A DNA stretch of 64,000 nucleotides, taken from positions 9,311 through 73,310 of the forward strand of contig NW_021833747.1 in the NCBI RefSeq assembly GCF_006345805.1. The letters are read 5' to 3'. Shown here in pieces: positions 25,396 to 39,671 of this stretch. The notes under the pieces are model-generated. The model was not told the origin of the DNA. It worked only from the letters and a program-made list of their open reading frames with translations, and did no database searches. The DNA is from Octopus sinensis. Its lineage: Eukaryota. The position numbers and the translations under genes are program-made. Each line of letters starts with the position of its first letter. The stretch's first letter is position 1.

Positions 25396-25566
25396 GGCGT
25401 AGGAGTGGCTGTGTGGTAAGTAGCTTGCTAACCAACCACATGGTTCCGGGTTCAGTCCCACTGCGTGGCACCTTGGGCAAGTGTCTTCTGCTATAGCCCC
25501 GGGCCGACCAATGCCTTGTGAGTGGATTTGGTAGACGGAAACTGAAAGAAGACTGTCGTATATATG

Positions 25567-25597
<31 letters not shown>

Positions 25598-25806
25598 TTG
25601 TGTGTTTGTGTTTGTCCCCCTAGCATTGCTTGACAATCGATGCTGGTGTGTTTACGTCCCCGTCACTTAGCGGTTCGGCAAAAGAGACCGATAGAATAAG
25701 TACTGGGCTTACAAAGAATAAGCCCCGGGGTCGATTTGCTCGACTAAAGGCGGTGCTCCAGCATGGCCGCAGTCAAATGACTGAAACAAGTAAAAGAGTA
25801 AAAGAG
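25396..25806 (+). mobile_element. SINE family B, full length, young-looking
   Basis: Complete head to gtaaaagagtaaaagag tail. Confidence 0.9.
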
Positions 25807-25932
25807 TATCGTAAACAAATTCAATTGGTGACCAGATAGCATTAGCACCAAATAAATGCCACTGTATATTGCATTCATGGATTCAAACTTTAAAGACTTT
25901 ATCTAATTCAGCTGCAATTATATGATAACCAT

Positions 25933-26250
25933 GAGGGCGCGTGGCTTAGTGGTTAGGGCATTCGGCTCATGATCGTAAGGTTGTGAGTTCGATTCCCGGC
26001 GATGCGTTGTGTCCTTGAGCAAGACACTTTATTTCACGTTGCTCCAGTCCACTCAGCTGGCAAAAATGAGTTGTACTTGTATTTCAAAGGGTCAGCCTTG
26101 TCACTCTCTGTGTCACGCTGATTATCCCCGAGAACTACGTTAAGGGTACACGTGTCTGTGGAATGCTCAGCCATTTGCACGTTAATTTCACGAGCAAGCT
26201 GTTCTGTTGATCGTATCAGCTGGGACCCTCGTCGTCGTAACCGGCGGAGT
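25933..26250 (+). mobile_element. SINE family D, full length
   Basis: tRNA-like head ggcttagtggttagggcattcggctcatgatc...gagttcgattccc, CORE-like ccttgagcaagacact, 3' half shared with SINE C. Confidence 0.85.
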
Positions 26251-26605
26251 CTTTAATATGATAACCAGATACTGAATATCAACACAGTCGAAGGCTTCGG
26301 TGGATCTAAGTTGGATTCTCAATTCAACATCATTAGATTCTTTCTCTCACAGCTTCTCTAAGATCCATCACATTGGGTGGAGGTTGTCCTTAGAGTCGAT
26401 ATGCTGCGATTCAAATATATTTGCTCAATTTCGACGATATTAGTAAGTCAATCACTACCGACTTTTCAAATGCCATAGCCGACTTTTAACCTTGTATTTA
26501 ATAGAGACAGGCCCCTAAATTAAAGATTACTTCTTGTTAGTCTCTGTCCTTCCATAAACGTGATGACTTCTCAGTTCGTATAGCTATATCTGCTAGTCAG
26601 TATAT

Positions 26606-26822
26606 CATCATTATTCTTTAACGTCCGTTTTTCCATGCTGGCATGGGCTGGATGGTTTGACTAGAGCTGGCAAGCTGGGGAGCTGCACCAGACACCAGTC
26701 TGACTTGGCATGGTTTCTATGGCTGGATGTCCTTCCTAACACCAACCTCTTTACAGTGTGTGCCGGGTGCTTTTAACATGGCACTGGCACGAGCGATTTT
26801 ACATGGCATTGGTACAAAACTC
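26606..26822 (-). mobile_element. RTE-type retroelement 3' end flanked by ~115-bp direct repeats
   Basis: ggctggatgtccttcctaacaccaacc motif typical of RTE-related tails; ends in catcattattc; flanks 26491-26605 and 26823-26937. Confidence 0.55.
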
Positions 26823-27512
26823 TTTGTATTTAATAAAGACAGGCCCCTAAATTAAAGATTACTTCTGATTAGTCTCTATCCTTCCACAAACGTGATGACT
26901 TCTCAGCTCGTATAGCTATAACTGCTAATCACTATATAACCTTAGTATATTTGAGATCTCGCTATCTTTTGACTAGAATATACAGGGGTGGCCTCGTGTC
27001 TCTTAATCACTTTCAAGTCTTCAATTAATGATTAGCTTCTCAGCTTATCTTACTCCTTCAGCAATTAACAATTAATTGAATATTCACATGAAGGCACAGG
27101 TATGGCTCTGTGTTTAAGACTCTCGCTTTGCTATCACATGGTTTGACCTCATTCCCACAGTAGGAAACGTCGAGTAAGTATCTCTTGCAATAGCCCCAAG
27201 TCGACCAATCGACCAATGCCTTGTGAGTGGATTCGATAATCGGAAATTCTGGGGAAAACCGCCGTCGATATATGCATGCACCTTTGTACTGTTCACTCCT
27301 AACACCTGACAAACCGGTGCTGCTTTTTCACGCTCCTTTTCCTTAGCAATTCTGCAAAAGGATCAAATAGAATAACTGCCAAACTTTAAAAAATAAGTAC
27401 TAGGGGTTATTTGTTCTACTAAACACTTTCCTTGCGGTGGCCCTACATGGCGGTGGTTCAATGACTGAAACAAAAAAAAAAATGCTAAATGAACATGGAC
27501 ATCGTAAATATA

Positions 27513-27742
27513 TATTTCTTTGACCACAAGGGGCTAAACATAGAGGGGACAAACAAGGACAGACAAAGGTATTAAGTCGACTACATCGACCCCAGTGCGT
27601 AACTGGTACTTTATTTATCGACCCCGAAAGTATGAAAGGCAAAGTCGACCTCGGCGGAATTTGAACTCAGAACGTAACGGCAGAGGAAATACCGCTAAGC
27701 ATTTCGCCCGGCGTGCTAACGTTTCTGATAGCTCGCCGCCTT
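27513..27742 (-). mobile_element. SINE A with 14-bp TSD
   Basis: TSD acatcgtaaatata at 27499-27512 and 27746-27759. Confidence 0.9.
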
Positions 27743-28402
27743 AAAACATCGTAAATATAAACAGTGGACACTAATGGCCCACATTTCTGGATATTATATC
27801 TAGCTCTATATCAAAACTATTCATGGATATCGTTATCATATAATCGAAGGCAGAAACACGCTTTTATACCTTTCTGTCGTACACAAATGAACTGAAGTTG
27901 ATCGAACTATCCTGCAGAGAAGCCTTAAATTTTTTTGTCTCTCTCTCGGCAAATCCATTTATGTCACTTTTGAACAGTGTTTAATGCATAGTTGATTTCT
28001 CTACTTCCGTTTAGCTGGGTTTAGAGTTGCAAGCATTTAAGCTTTGCTCGTGTGTTAATAATTTAAATACATCATCATTCTTATGTTGGGTATTACAGAA
28101 ATTGATGTCGTTTGCTACAAACTTTTGGGATTGAAAACCATTGTCTGGAAGAGTAAATCCATATTTTTAAGTGTTTAACGCTAGAGTAAGTATCCGGTTT
28201 TCGGCTCAGTTCAGAAGGATCTCCTGCAAAGGATCAGCGTCCTGGCCAGGGGGTTTATTGCGAGGAAATTTCAAATGTGCCATGGAAAATTTGGGGCTGA
28301 TGTATTCTAGGGTTCAAGGGCTGATAGACCATAGAGAGAGTTAAAAATAGTGAAAGGAAGTGAGAATGGGAAAAGAAACTGTGGAACAAGGAGAAAGGTA
28401 TA

Positions 28403-28812
28403 CAGGAGTGGCTGTGTGGTAAGTAGCTTGCTAACCAACCACATGGTTCCGGGTTCAGTCCCACTGCGTGGCACCTTGGGCAAGTGTCTTCTGCTATAGC
28501 CCCGGGTCGACCAATGCCTTGTGAGTGGATTTGGTAGACGGAAACTGAAAGAAGCCTGTCGTATATATGTATATATATATATATATGTGTGTGTTTGTTT
28601 GTGTGTCTGTATTTGTCGCCCTAGCATTGCTTGACAACCGATGCTGGTGTGTTTACGTCCCCGTCACCTAGCGAATCGGCAAAAGAGACCGATAGAATAA
28701 GTACTGGGCTTACAAAGAATAAGTCCCGGGGTCGAGTGGCTCGACTAAAAGGCGGTGCTCCAGCATGGCCGCAGTCAAATGACTGAAACAAGTAAAAGAA
28801 TAAAGAAAGAAT
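28403..28812 (+). mobile_element. SINE family B, full length
   Basis: Complete B consensus. Confidence 0.9.
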
Positions 28813-29332
28813 AAACAAAAATATGAAAATAATTCTGTTTAAATATGAAAATAATTTTCGTTATGGACACAAGAGGAGCTAGTCAGTTACATCAACCCGA
28901 ATGCACTGCTGGTAATTATTTCATCGACATGGAAGGGATGAAAGGTAAGGACGAACTCGGCTGGATTTCATCAAGACGAAAATAGCGAAGGAGAAAAAGA
29001 ATAAAAGAAGAGATATGAAGAAGTGTGTTTCTTTACTTTGTCAAAAACAACGTAAATGATATAAGAGTTCTAACGTGGGAGGAGTTCATATCAATTCTGA
29101 AAGAAGGTTGGAATTAAAAGGCGAAAACGTGTGTAGGACATTACGGTGATAAAACTGACAGAAAGAAATTTGGGGAAGAAAGAAGACAAAGGAAGGAAAG
29201 CAGAGGGAATTGGGAACACAGATAAAGAATTATTGTGAGAGATGAGTGAAACATATGGTGTATATATATATATATATATATATATATGATATATATTATA
29301 TATATATGATATTATATATATATATATATATG

Positions 29333-29367
<35 letters not shown>

Positions 29368-29545
29368 ATATATATATATGATATATATATATGATATATA
29401 ATATATAATATATGTATATGCATATCTATATGTATATACACACATACACGCACACAGTACACATAGATACACACATCTAAACCTACAATGCGATTGCACA
29501 CACACACACAATAATACATACGTATGTACGTACGTGCATACATAC

Positions 29546-29576
<31 letters not shown>

Positions 29577-29669
29577 AAGAGAGAAGGAAACAATAGCACA
29601 CATGAGTTGACGTTCACTATATATATATATATATGTGTGTTGTATGTATATTTATATGGCGTTAACAGC

Positions 29670-29700
<31 letters not shown>

Positions 29701-30340
29701 ATATTAAGGTATGTAGAAAAATACAACATGGACAAGAACGTATAACTCTTAGAAGACGATACAATAAACACGGACAGGACATTCGAAACCCTCAGTCTTC
29801 AGTCAAGAACCGGATCATCGTAATATATATATAATATAGTTTATTGAATAAAGTGACTGATTTAATAGAGAGATAATAAATAGCAGAAAAATCATTGAAA
29901 GGTCAAATTATTACATCTTATAATATGCAGAAATTATGAATCACACCTTTTTTTTACGTTGCTCATACATAAGTGTGGATTTTGTAAAGCCTTGCTGTAC
30001 ATTGTCAAATACCAGCAGCCCTCCGTTTGAGAACTGCTCGAAACAAAACATAAAAGCATGGGAAATAAAGCGCATTCTAGACGTGTATTTTAGTTCATAC
30101 ATTATCCATTTTATGCCTTTTTATGATGCTACGATTTGAGAAATATTTTTCTTTTGTTTCTAGTAAATCGAGCATCGACTTTGATTCTCCGTAGCTGGCA
30201 AAAACTAGAAAAAAGAAAAAATTTGTTGTTGTTGTTGGTGGTGGTGCTTTACTACAGATTAACTTCAAATGTGCATACTTATAGTAAAATCCTCTCCAGT
30301 CGTGAGCATCCCGTCTTTTTTCAGTCTAATGTTTATCATC

Positions 30341-30757
30341 GTAGGAGTGGCTGTGTGGTAAGTAGCTTGCTTACCAAGCACATGGTTCCGAGTTCAGTCC
30401 CATTGCGTGGCACCTTGGGCAAGTGTCTTCTGCTATAGCTCCGGGCTGACCAAAGCCTTGTGACTGGATTTGGTAGAGGGAAACTGAAAGAAGCCCGTCC
30501 TATATATGTATATATATATGTGTGTGTGTGTTGTGTGTGTGTATGTCTGTGTGTCTGTGTTTGTCTCCACCAGCATCGCTTGACATGCGATTCTGGTATG
30601 TTTACGTCCCCGTAAACTAGCGGTTCGGCAAAAGAGGCGGATAGAATAAGTACTAGGCTTACAAAGAATAATCCCGGCATCGATTTCCTCGACTAAAGGC
30701 GGTGCTCCAGCATGGCCGCAGTCAAATGTCTGAAACAAGTAAAAGAGTAAAAGGAGT
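30341..30757 (+). mobile_element. SINE family B, full length
   Basis: Complete B consensus. Confidence 0.88.
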
Positions 30758-31439
30758 AGCGCTTACTTGTTTCAGTCACGATGAAGGTGCCACGCAGTGG
30801 GACCAGACCCCTAACAACGTGGTCGTGAAGCGAGATGCTTACTCACAAAACCAAGAATGAAGAATGATTTGGCTGTGATATTTTAATCAGGTTTAATAAG
30901 TGGTGGAAAATCGAATAAACGATGGAAATACAGATGAATAACTGAAATGCAGTTATCCAAGGTCTTCTTATGTTATATCGTTCAGAAATACTAACAGATA
31001 CGATCATATTTCATTGAATAAAATAGTTGCTGAACAATCAGTGACTAGAGACTTTAGCAGTCGTACAAGATCTTATGATACTGATAGTTGGATGAGATAG
31101 TTCAATGTACTCCAACTGTATTCTGTACAGTCATGAAAGAAACGAATTAGAAATATGATATCTGCTTCTATACTTGTTATTCACAGTCTACTATTCTGAG
31201 GTTATCGACTCTTGAATGTGTATGTATGCATGTATACATTCATATACTGAGTGTTCGGACTAAGTTTGACGATATTTTTAGGCTTCTTGTGTTCTGGAAC
31301 AGCTTGACGTATTGGTGGACTGTCAACAGCATTGGAGAGCATAAAGAATAAAATTGGAGTTGAGAAAAAGTTAGCTGATATGGAGGACTAGAAACCATCT
31401 GAATATTAGAGAAGAGGTACCTGTATCATGATGATTTGC

Positions 31440-31975
31440 GCCAGGTATCAAAATGCCAACACATCACCGTTATACAATGCTCTGTGAATACTATAAAGTC
31501 TGTAAGATGAGACAAGGACATGATGAAAACCAAGCTTCTCCATACTGTGATGGTCTTTGTGCGAGTCTCCAAAAACAGAGTCATGATACCGTCTCACATA
31601 CTTGAAGAAGGCCTTAAGCTTAATTCAGACTGCTAGGGACTCTGGTGAAGCTGTGATTGAAGAGGGTTGCTGCTCGAAGGCCATATACTTGTCATTCCTC
31701 CAGAAGAGGGTCAAGTGTAGTTAACGGATAATCGCTACGGGTTCAGCAGCCCCAATATATTGCCTCCCATTTCTCCCGACTGTAATTCCCATGGATTACT
31801 ATGCATGGTGTGAGGATGAGAAAGAAACCATCCGTTCTACCTACAACGCCAAGGCCGAGCAGGTAACCGAAAGTGCTCGAAGATTTTTCCCGGGGCACAG
31901 GGAGGAACAGATGCGACTGGTTGAGGAGCCGTTTTGAGGCCGTATGAAAGCTGGGAGGGCTACTTTGAGTAAAGT
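31440..31975 (+). mobile_element. Decayed DD37D (maT-like) Tc1/mariner transposase 3' half
   Basis: MMKTKLLHTVMVF...SHILEEGLKLN...VAARRPY...LPPISPDCN..DYYAW...RFEAV, matching MKTK.PA.VMV.G...GLKVN...WPP.SPD.NP.DY motifs with frameshifts. Confidence 0.65.
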
Positions 31976-32155
31976 TGTATCTCCCAGCTATCGTTGATAT
32001 TTCTCGATTTTATAAAATACGTTTACTTTTGGGCGGATTATTGTGTTTTCCTTTTCCTTTTGTGCAAGTATAGCAAGAAAATCCTGTGTATATAATACAG
32101 GGAACGTGAAACTGAGTAACAGCTTTTGTTATATTTCTGCTGCTTTTAAATAAAG

Positions 32156-32266
<111 letters not shown>

Positions 32267-33157
32267 TTGTATGTCAGTGTTTGACCCTTACTATCATTTG
32301 ACAACCAATGTTGGTGTGTTTACGTCTCCGTAACTAAGCGGTTCGGCAAAAAGTAATCGGTAGAATAAGTCCTAGGCTTACAAAGAATAAGTCCCGGGGT
32401 TGATTTGTTCGACCAACGGCGGTGCTCCAACATCGCCGCAGTCAAATGACTGAAACATTTAAAATGTACAAATAAGACACTCACCCAAGGTGCCACGCAG
32501 TGGGACTAAACCCGGAATCATGTGGTTGGTAACCAAGCTACTTATTTCAAAAATTTTGCCAAAGAGGCACGATACAGAGTAGTTTGCTGGCTGGTCAAAG
32601 ACATTGATGAGGTGAATGATATTAATGGGAGAAGACAAAAAATGCCCACCTCTGCTTCTCTAAAACACTATTCTTTTCTTTTTTTCACAGAAAAAGACAA
32701 AACGAGGTAAAGAACCTCTTACTACGGAGGCCATTCGGGATCTGCGGAGGCTATTCGGGATCCTGTGCAAAGGTTAAAAGTGCCTTTCCACCACCTCTTC
32801 TACCTCTCCGCCTCTGTAGAAGAGGACCAATATTTCCTCTTCCTCTGGGTTCGAAGTAGTCAATTCTACCGTTGGCGGCACAGTTCCCCCCAACGGTATA
32901 TATGTATCTTACCGAAGTTCGCCAGAAAGTCATAAAATGGTACATACTTGGATTCGTAGTATGTTTTTTTTAGATGTTTAATTCGTGCATATATTTACCT
33001 GCGAAAAATGTTTTTTCTTTTTTCGCATTCTGGAATAACTCTGTTTATGAGTATAAAAAAAAGGTATGAAACAGCTGTAGTGAGTAAACCACAATCCATC
33101 TATTATTGGCACCTTGGGCAAGTGTCTTTGGTAGACAGAAACAGAAAGAAGCCCGTC

Positions 33158-33191
<34 letters not shown>

Positions 33192-33492
33192 GCTGAACTA
33201 TTGGGAAATCTGCCGTTACTCTAACGAGATTACAAGTTCAGGATTATAGCTGTAATTATTGAGGCCCTGGGGTATGTAACACACTGCCTAAATATCAATC
33301 ATGAGAAAGTAGGCTTCTCGAAAGTAGAAAAGGTCTTGCTAATTCGAAGACTGCAGTTCCGATTGATCAGTGGAAGTGTAAAAATTTGTAAAACTTTCCA
33401 GAAGTTTATCATTTAAATATATATGAGCTTGTCTAGATATGCAACTATATACTTGAGAATATATACATAAAGCAAAGCATACCAATCTTCAC

Positions 33493-33804
<312 letters not shown>

Positions 33805-34207
33805 ATGTTTCTTTATTAGCCACACAGGGCTGCACACAGATAGAACAAATTACAAGGTAGAGCTTTTCTTTTGAAGGTATTAAAAAAAAAAAAAAAAAAA
33901 AAAGGAAGGGGGAGGTTCGATCAAAAGGGATCGTAAAAGGAGAGAAAGAGGACAAAAATAAGGGGGTTAAAAAAAAAAAAAAAAAAAAAGGGGGGGGGGG
34001 GAGGAAAAAAAAATGATCAATAGGGATCGTTATCACAGAAATGTCAATATGAAGTGTAAAGGGGAGGACAGGTGAGGTTTACCCGTGGAAAGAAAAGCCT
34101 GCGGAAAAGACCACGGTAACCTCGGTCAATGAAGTCACATTTTATATTTCTTTTTTTTTTTTTTTTTTTTTTGCAAATAAGCAACTCTCTGTTTTCGATT
34201 TCTGGGT

Positions 34208-37200
34208 TCATAGGACTATGCTCAAGGTGGCTTCGTCATTCATACGTGCCATTCTTGCTACATTCACCCATCTTTTTTTAAAACATTCGCTAGACAAACT
34301 TGCCTCTCTACTCTCACTTTCCTTTTCAAGTGGTACTTGAAGAAGTTGATGAGAGATTGACCAGAGAGGAAAGTGTTTGTCTCCAATCCTTTCAGACGCG
34401 TCCACCAGATACATTCTTTCGCCATAGCCACAAGGATGATGAAAATAGCTCTTCCTTCCCGTTTGAAGGAAGGAGGCGTGACAATATTGACGATAGACTC
34501 AGCTGATAAACCGACTCGTCCCACACGTGACAGCAGTTGTTCGACATAAGCCCACAGGTCGGAAATTGTTGGACACTGAACGAGTGCGTGCAGAACGGTT
34601 TCGTCGCTCTGACCGCATCTCGGGCAGGTCGGCCCCGTGTTTCTCGAGCCGTGTCTGTAGAGCTTATCCCGAACGGGTAGCGCTTCTCGGTAGCACTGCC
34701 AGGCCAGGGATCTCTGGAAGTTGTCCATGGGCCCTGGCCCGAAAGTCGTCCCGAACAGGCGGGTCAGGTACTCCTCGTCGACGTCCAGGTTCGCCCCGAG
34801 CTCGTCGTCGTACCTCCCCTCCACTAAACCCCTATAGAATGCTTTGGTTGTGTTTAAGTCACTTAAGGTCGACCCAGGACGGCAGAGTTGCTTGAGAGCA
34901 ACGCGACACTCGCGGTGCCATTCGCCCTTCCTCGGCCTCTTTTTGATCCACGACTGCAGTTCGGTCATGGAGACGAGCTGCGGGAAAGCGTGCCTCACAA
35001 ACGGCGACCACACCTGTTCACCGTCGTCTACATAGAGCCAGAGATGTCGCAGTCTCAGCGCGTGTCTGGCGCATCATCAACCACGGCATGCCCAGCCCTC
35101 CTTTTAACGGGTGTTGACAGCAAATGGATCGCCTGACCATCGGGACGCATCCTTTCCACAAGAAGCGAAAGAGGATGCGTTGTAGTTTGGTGATGGTAGG
35201 GTCGGGACAAGGTACGACGGTCAGGCGGTAGTAGATGACGGACGCGCTATGTACGTGTTCGCCACCTCCGCTCGACCTTTTAGGGACAGTTTCCTCTCGG
35301 CCCATTGCCGGGCGAGAGTGACCACCCTACTCGTTATCTCGTTCCAGTTCTTCTCCACTTGGAGGTCTGGACCAAACCAGACCCCGAGCACTCAACCGGG
35401 CCGTCGGTCCAGCGTCCCACGACGGAGGCGCTGGTGGACGGCATGGGCTTGCTTCTCCAGGTGCCTAGTCGCAAGCCACTGACTTTTCCCGGTTGATTTT
35501 CGCTCTCTGTCACCGCTTCGTAGTTTTTCAGTGTCTCGCCGACCAGCTCGATGTGCTCGTGGCTAGACACTATGACGGTGACGTCGTCCGCGTATGCAGA
35601 CACGCTCGTCCCGCATCCCAATTCTCGCGGGATGCCCCTTAGAGTCGCCAGCTTCCGCAGTAGTGGCTCAAGAGTCAATACGTATAGAAGCGCCGAGAGG
35701 GGGCATCCCTGACGGACCGAACGTGCAATGTCGAAAGGTCTCGATAGATGTCCATTTACGCGAATTACCGAACGGATGCCTCTGTACAAGGCAGCTATCC
35801 AGCCGCGGAAGACGGGACCGAAACCAGCCGCTCTCAGGACTGCCTCCAAGTATCGATGGTCTACCCTATCAAAGGCTTTTGATTGATCCAAGTTGATCAG
35901 GGCCCCACCCATGCCAGGTTCGTTAACTACCCTGTCTATGATGTAGCGCATCAGATGGAGGTTGTCATGGATGGTCCGCGCCTGGCACGGCGCATGTTTG
36001 CGCCTTGTCGACCAGTTTCTCGATGACAAGCGCCAACCTTTGCTAGCACCTTGGCCAAAATTTTCAAGTCTGCATTAAGCAGAGTGATGGGCCTAAAGTT
36101 ATCTATTACATTTCCCTTGTTTAGATCTTTCTTCAGCAGTGTTACGGCTCCTCGGCTCACAAAACCAGGAATGCTCCCGTTTTGCTGCCATTGCAGTACA
36201 CCGCCGCCAAGAGATCTCCAAACAAGTCTGGCATACAATTGTAAATCTCGTAGGGTAGACCATCCAAACCCGGTGATTTGTCCCTCGAGCATTCTGCCAT
36301 CGCTTCCCGCACTTCCGCCGCCGTGATGGCACCTTCGCAGCACCCTGCCTTTCTTGTCGAGAGTCGTGGTAGGCTATGTAGGTAGGCACTGAAGTCCACC
36401 CTACGTTCTTGCCCTCCACTCGTTCCGAACAGTCGGGCAAAATGCTGCTGAAAGGCCTCACACATTTTACTTGGCTCGAGCAATTCGCGCCCCTGTTCAT
36501 CTACCAGTGACCGAATGGTGGCTTTGTTGCCCTGTTGCGCCTCTGCCACCCGGGCCTCTCTCGCGGCTCCAACACCTTCGTTCCTTAGAGCACGCATCCT
36601 AGCTCTGACAGCACATCCTTCGTGTTTGGCGTTGAAGTGTTGGTCGAGGGCCAACCTCGCCGCCAAAACGTCGGATGCGATGCCGCTTCTAATTGCCTCT
36701 TCTAGCTTCTTAACTAGCTCACCCTCTACTCTATTTCTATCTATGGCTAGTGCTTTGCTGTACCTAATCGCTTCTGCTTTTACTGCTCTCTTGAGGGCAA
36801 ACCACCATTTGTTGTTGATGATGGCTCCCGTCAAAGCCCTCTTTACTAGTGTGCTAATCCGGTCTCTGAAAACTTGTCTCGATGGGAAACGACGCGTTTA
36901 GTTTCCAGTATCCGGGACCCTGCCTAAGTGTCTTACCTAAGTCTAGCGTACATGTCACAAGTTTGTGATCCGTGTAGCTGACTATGTGGAATGTGGACAT
37001 CCTATGCTATCTCTATCTACTGTCCTACACAGTATCCTATCTAGATACGATCTCGACGACCCGATGCGGTTGCTCCATGTCCACGTTGGCGCATTCGGGT
37101 GGTCTAGTCGAAACCTGTCAGACAGTTGAAAGCGTCTGAGCAGGTCTCTGAGGCATTTGCATCCCCGTTCTATTCCTATCTCTACCCACGTAGTCTACAT

Positions 37201-37642
37201 GCGTGTCCAAGGTAGCATTCCAATCCCCCACTAAGAGTAAAGGACGAGACGTTCCCAAGAAAACTTCTAGACGTTGAAAGAAATCCGCCCGACCTGTTAA
37301 GGGCGGTGCGTAAACTGATACGAGCCGAAAAGCGCACCCATTGCTGCCGTCGACATCCAGGACGACCAGTCTACCCTCCGGTCTACGAATATTGTCCTTA
37401 CATTGAGATCCAGACTCTTGTGAAAAAGTACCGCGGTGCCACTACCGCCCATTCTCGGCAGACAGGGGGAAAAATAAATGTTGAACTGTCCGCCAACATG
37501 GTCTTTAGGCCCGCGGATTGTGGAGTCTGGTCTCGCTTATGGCTATGATTTCTAACTTATGTGACTTTATGTCATTTAAGAGGTACCCTTGTTTCCAAGG
37601 GGACCCCAAGCCACGCGCATTTACACAACCAATCTTGATCAT
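34208..37642 (-). CDS. Tx1-like ORF2 (APE endonuclease + reverse transcriptase), frameshifted in this sequence
   Basis: MIKIGCVNARGL...IIAISETRL; KSPGLDGLPYE; NFRPITLLNADLKILAKVLA; LDQSKAFDRVDH; VRQGCPLSALLY; AYADDVT; CPRCGQSDETVLHALVQC. Confidence 0.9.
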
Positions 37643-39671
37643 AGTTCTAATGAATTAGAATACAGAGGGTTACTTACTGCTCGAAAGTTTTTTGCTTTCT
37701 CCTCCGTTGGTTTGTCCTCGAGAAGATCCCAGTACAGTTTCTTTGTGAGATATTTTTGGCATTTACCAACCGCACTGGGGAAAATGCCTTTGAGTGTGTG
37801 GTGCAGACTTTTGGAGATGTTGTATTATTTTGATGTGGTCTGGTGGTGTTGTGTATGGGTGGTTGTTTGTTTTTATGTCATCTTCTGTTATGTTTTTTTT
37901 GATTGGATGTATTCCATCAAATTTGTGTTTTGTGTCTATGGCTGTGAGCATGTTTGCTGTATATGTTTTTGGTGGTGTGGTGTGGGCTGTTGTTTGCGTT
38001 GGGTTTTGAAATGTCTTCGGGAGATGTATTTCCCCCTGCTTTGTTCGTGTTTGCATTTGGTTTGGTTGTTGTGTTTCTTCTTCTTTTATTTTCCTTCTTT
38101 TTGTAGCTATTTGCCATTCCTCACTGGTTTCGTCTTCCGACGAAATTTCTGAGAATCAGAAGGGGGTAGGGGTATGTTGTGGGCTTCTATGTATGTCTGT
38201 GTAAGTGGTTGTGTTTGTTTTCGTTTTGTTGGTTGTTGAGTGTTGGTGTGTGTTGAGTGCGGTATAAGGGATGGGGGATCAGTTTGTGTGTGTTTTCTTT
38301 GTTTTTCTGTTCCTTTGGGTTTTGCTGTTGATGGTAGTGTGGGTATTTTTTCCAGGTGTCGAGTGGTTTTTGGTTGATGACGGATTAGCTTGGTGTGCTT
38401 CTCTTGTCGTCTTCTGTGTTGATGGTGGTGTGGGTAGTAGAGCTTTTTTCCGGAGTGCTTTGGTTGTGGTAGTGGTTGTTGTTTGTTGCTCTTGGTGTGC
38501 AGTGGTTGGGCACGTCTTTTTCAAGTGTGTTTCGCTTCCACACAAATAGCAGCGTGGTCGCCTGCCCTCTACCACTATATAGAGTTTGTAGCCTCCTGGC
38601 AGTTCTATAGCGGTGGGTATCTCTCTCTTGCTGCTTCATCCAATTGAAGCAGGAATTCGATTGATTTGCCCACATAGTCTTTCTCTCCTAGAACCGCGAT
38701 TTCCAGGATGTTTGTCTCTGACATTGTCTCTGACATTTCAAAGCAGATGGCAGAGACCACCCATTGTGTTTCGACATCAAATGGTATGTTTTTTATTTGG
38801 ACTTTCGTGACCCTTTTGTTTAAATAGACTGGTATCATTACCAAGTCGTCCGAATGTAGCTCCAATGTGGAAAAACGTTTTGCTAAACTTTCGTTGAGGA
38901 AACGTACTTGGACTGTACCAAATTTGTTTCCCCAACTGATATATTCCTTGGAGTCCCATACAGGACGAAGGCATTTATCGATTTTTTCCTGCGGTGCTTT
39001 TCTGTTCTTCTTGTTTTTTGTTTATTACTTTATAAATTATTGTTTTTTTTGCGTGTTTTCCACGATGTGTTGTGGAATATGAAGGTGCAATTTGTCTCCT
39101 TCTTTGGAGAAGAGTGCCTTTGTGCGGTTTATCTCTTGTGTGGTGAATGTTACAATTGTTCTTTTTTGTTTTGTTACGTCCGCAATTCGTTTTGAATTTG
39201 GCAGTAGAAGTGTTAATTGTGGCAGTGTTAATGAAGTCATGGTAGTGGTGTTGGTGTTGGCGGTATTAGCAGCAGAAGGCTTGGATGTAGCATTTGACGT
39301 CGTAGTAGTGGTGTTGGTGTTGGCGGTGTTGTCTTTGGTAGGCGGCTTTGTGCCAATTTCGTTGTTGTTGTTGTTGGTGGTGATGGTGGTGGTGCTGGCA
39401 TTCATGTTTTCGTTTGTATTCATTTTTGAAATCCCTTTCTCTGTCCCTTTATCATCAACAAGTGGTGTGGGGAGTGAGGGGAAATCTAAGTTAATGTCTT
39501 TGGTCGCGGCGATGGTGAATGCGACGTTAGATTTGTTGTTGTTGTTGTTGTGGTGGTGATGGTGGTGACAGCGGTGTTCACGCTGCGATGTTTAGCAGCT
39601 AGTGGTAGCAATAGTGTTTTGCTACCGTTCTGCATGACTGGCGGGCTAGCCACGTGGTTTCTAGTTGCCAT
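37639..39671 (-). CDS. Tx1-like ORF1 (Thr/Asn-rich N-terminus, RRM-like region, CCHC knuckle), frameshifted
   Basis: MATRNHVASP... start; KIDKCLRPVWDSKEYISWGNKFGTVQVRF; CYLCGSETHLKKTC; stop TGA overlaps ORF2 ATG. Confidence 0.8.

Noticed and set aside
25933-26005. tRNA-like sequences with A and B boxes (also heads of SINE A, B, C)
   Set aside because: They continue into SINE bodies and lack a clean cloverleaf; not tRNA genes.
27830-28320. RNKPPGQD..EIL on minus strand resembling LINE RT domain 0
   Set aside because: Too short and degenerate to call.
29770-29815. CTGAAGA...GAA motif in a probable Penelope-type terminus
   Set aside because: Stem II and stem I do not pair.
32700-32960. GC-richer segment, faintly like Tx1 ORF1 (LPPTVEL, VVE)
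   Set aside because: No knuckle or other diagnostic motif; origin unresolved.
34527-36901. Plus-strand ORFs of 100-128 aa
   Set aside because: Antisense shadows of the GC-rich LINE ORF2.
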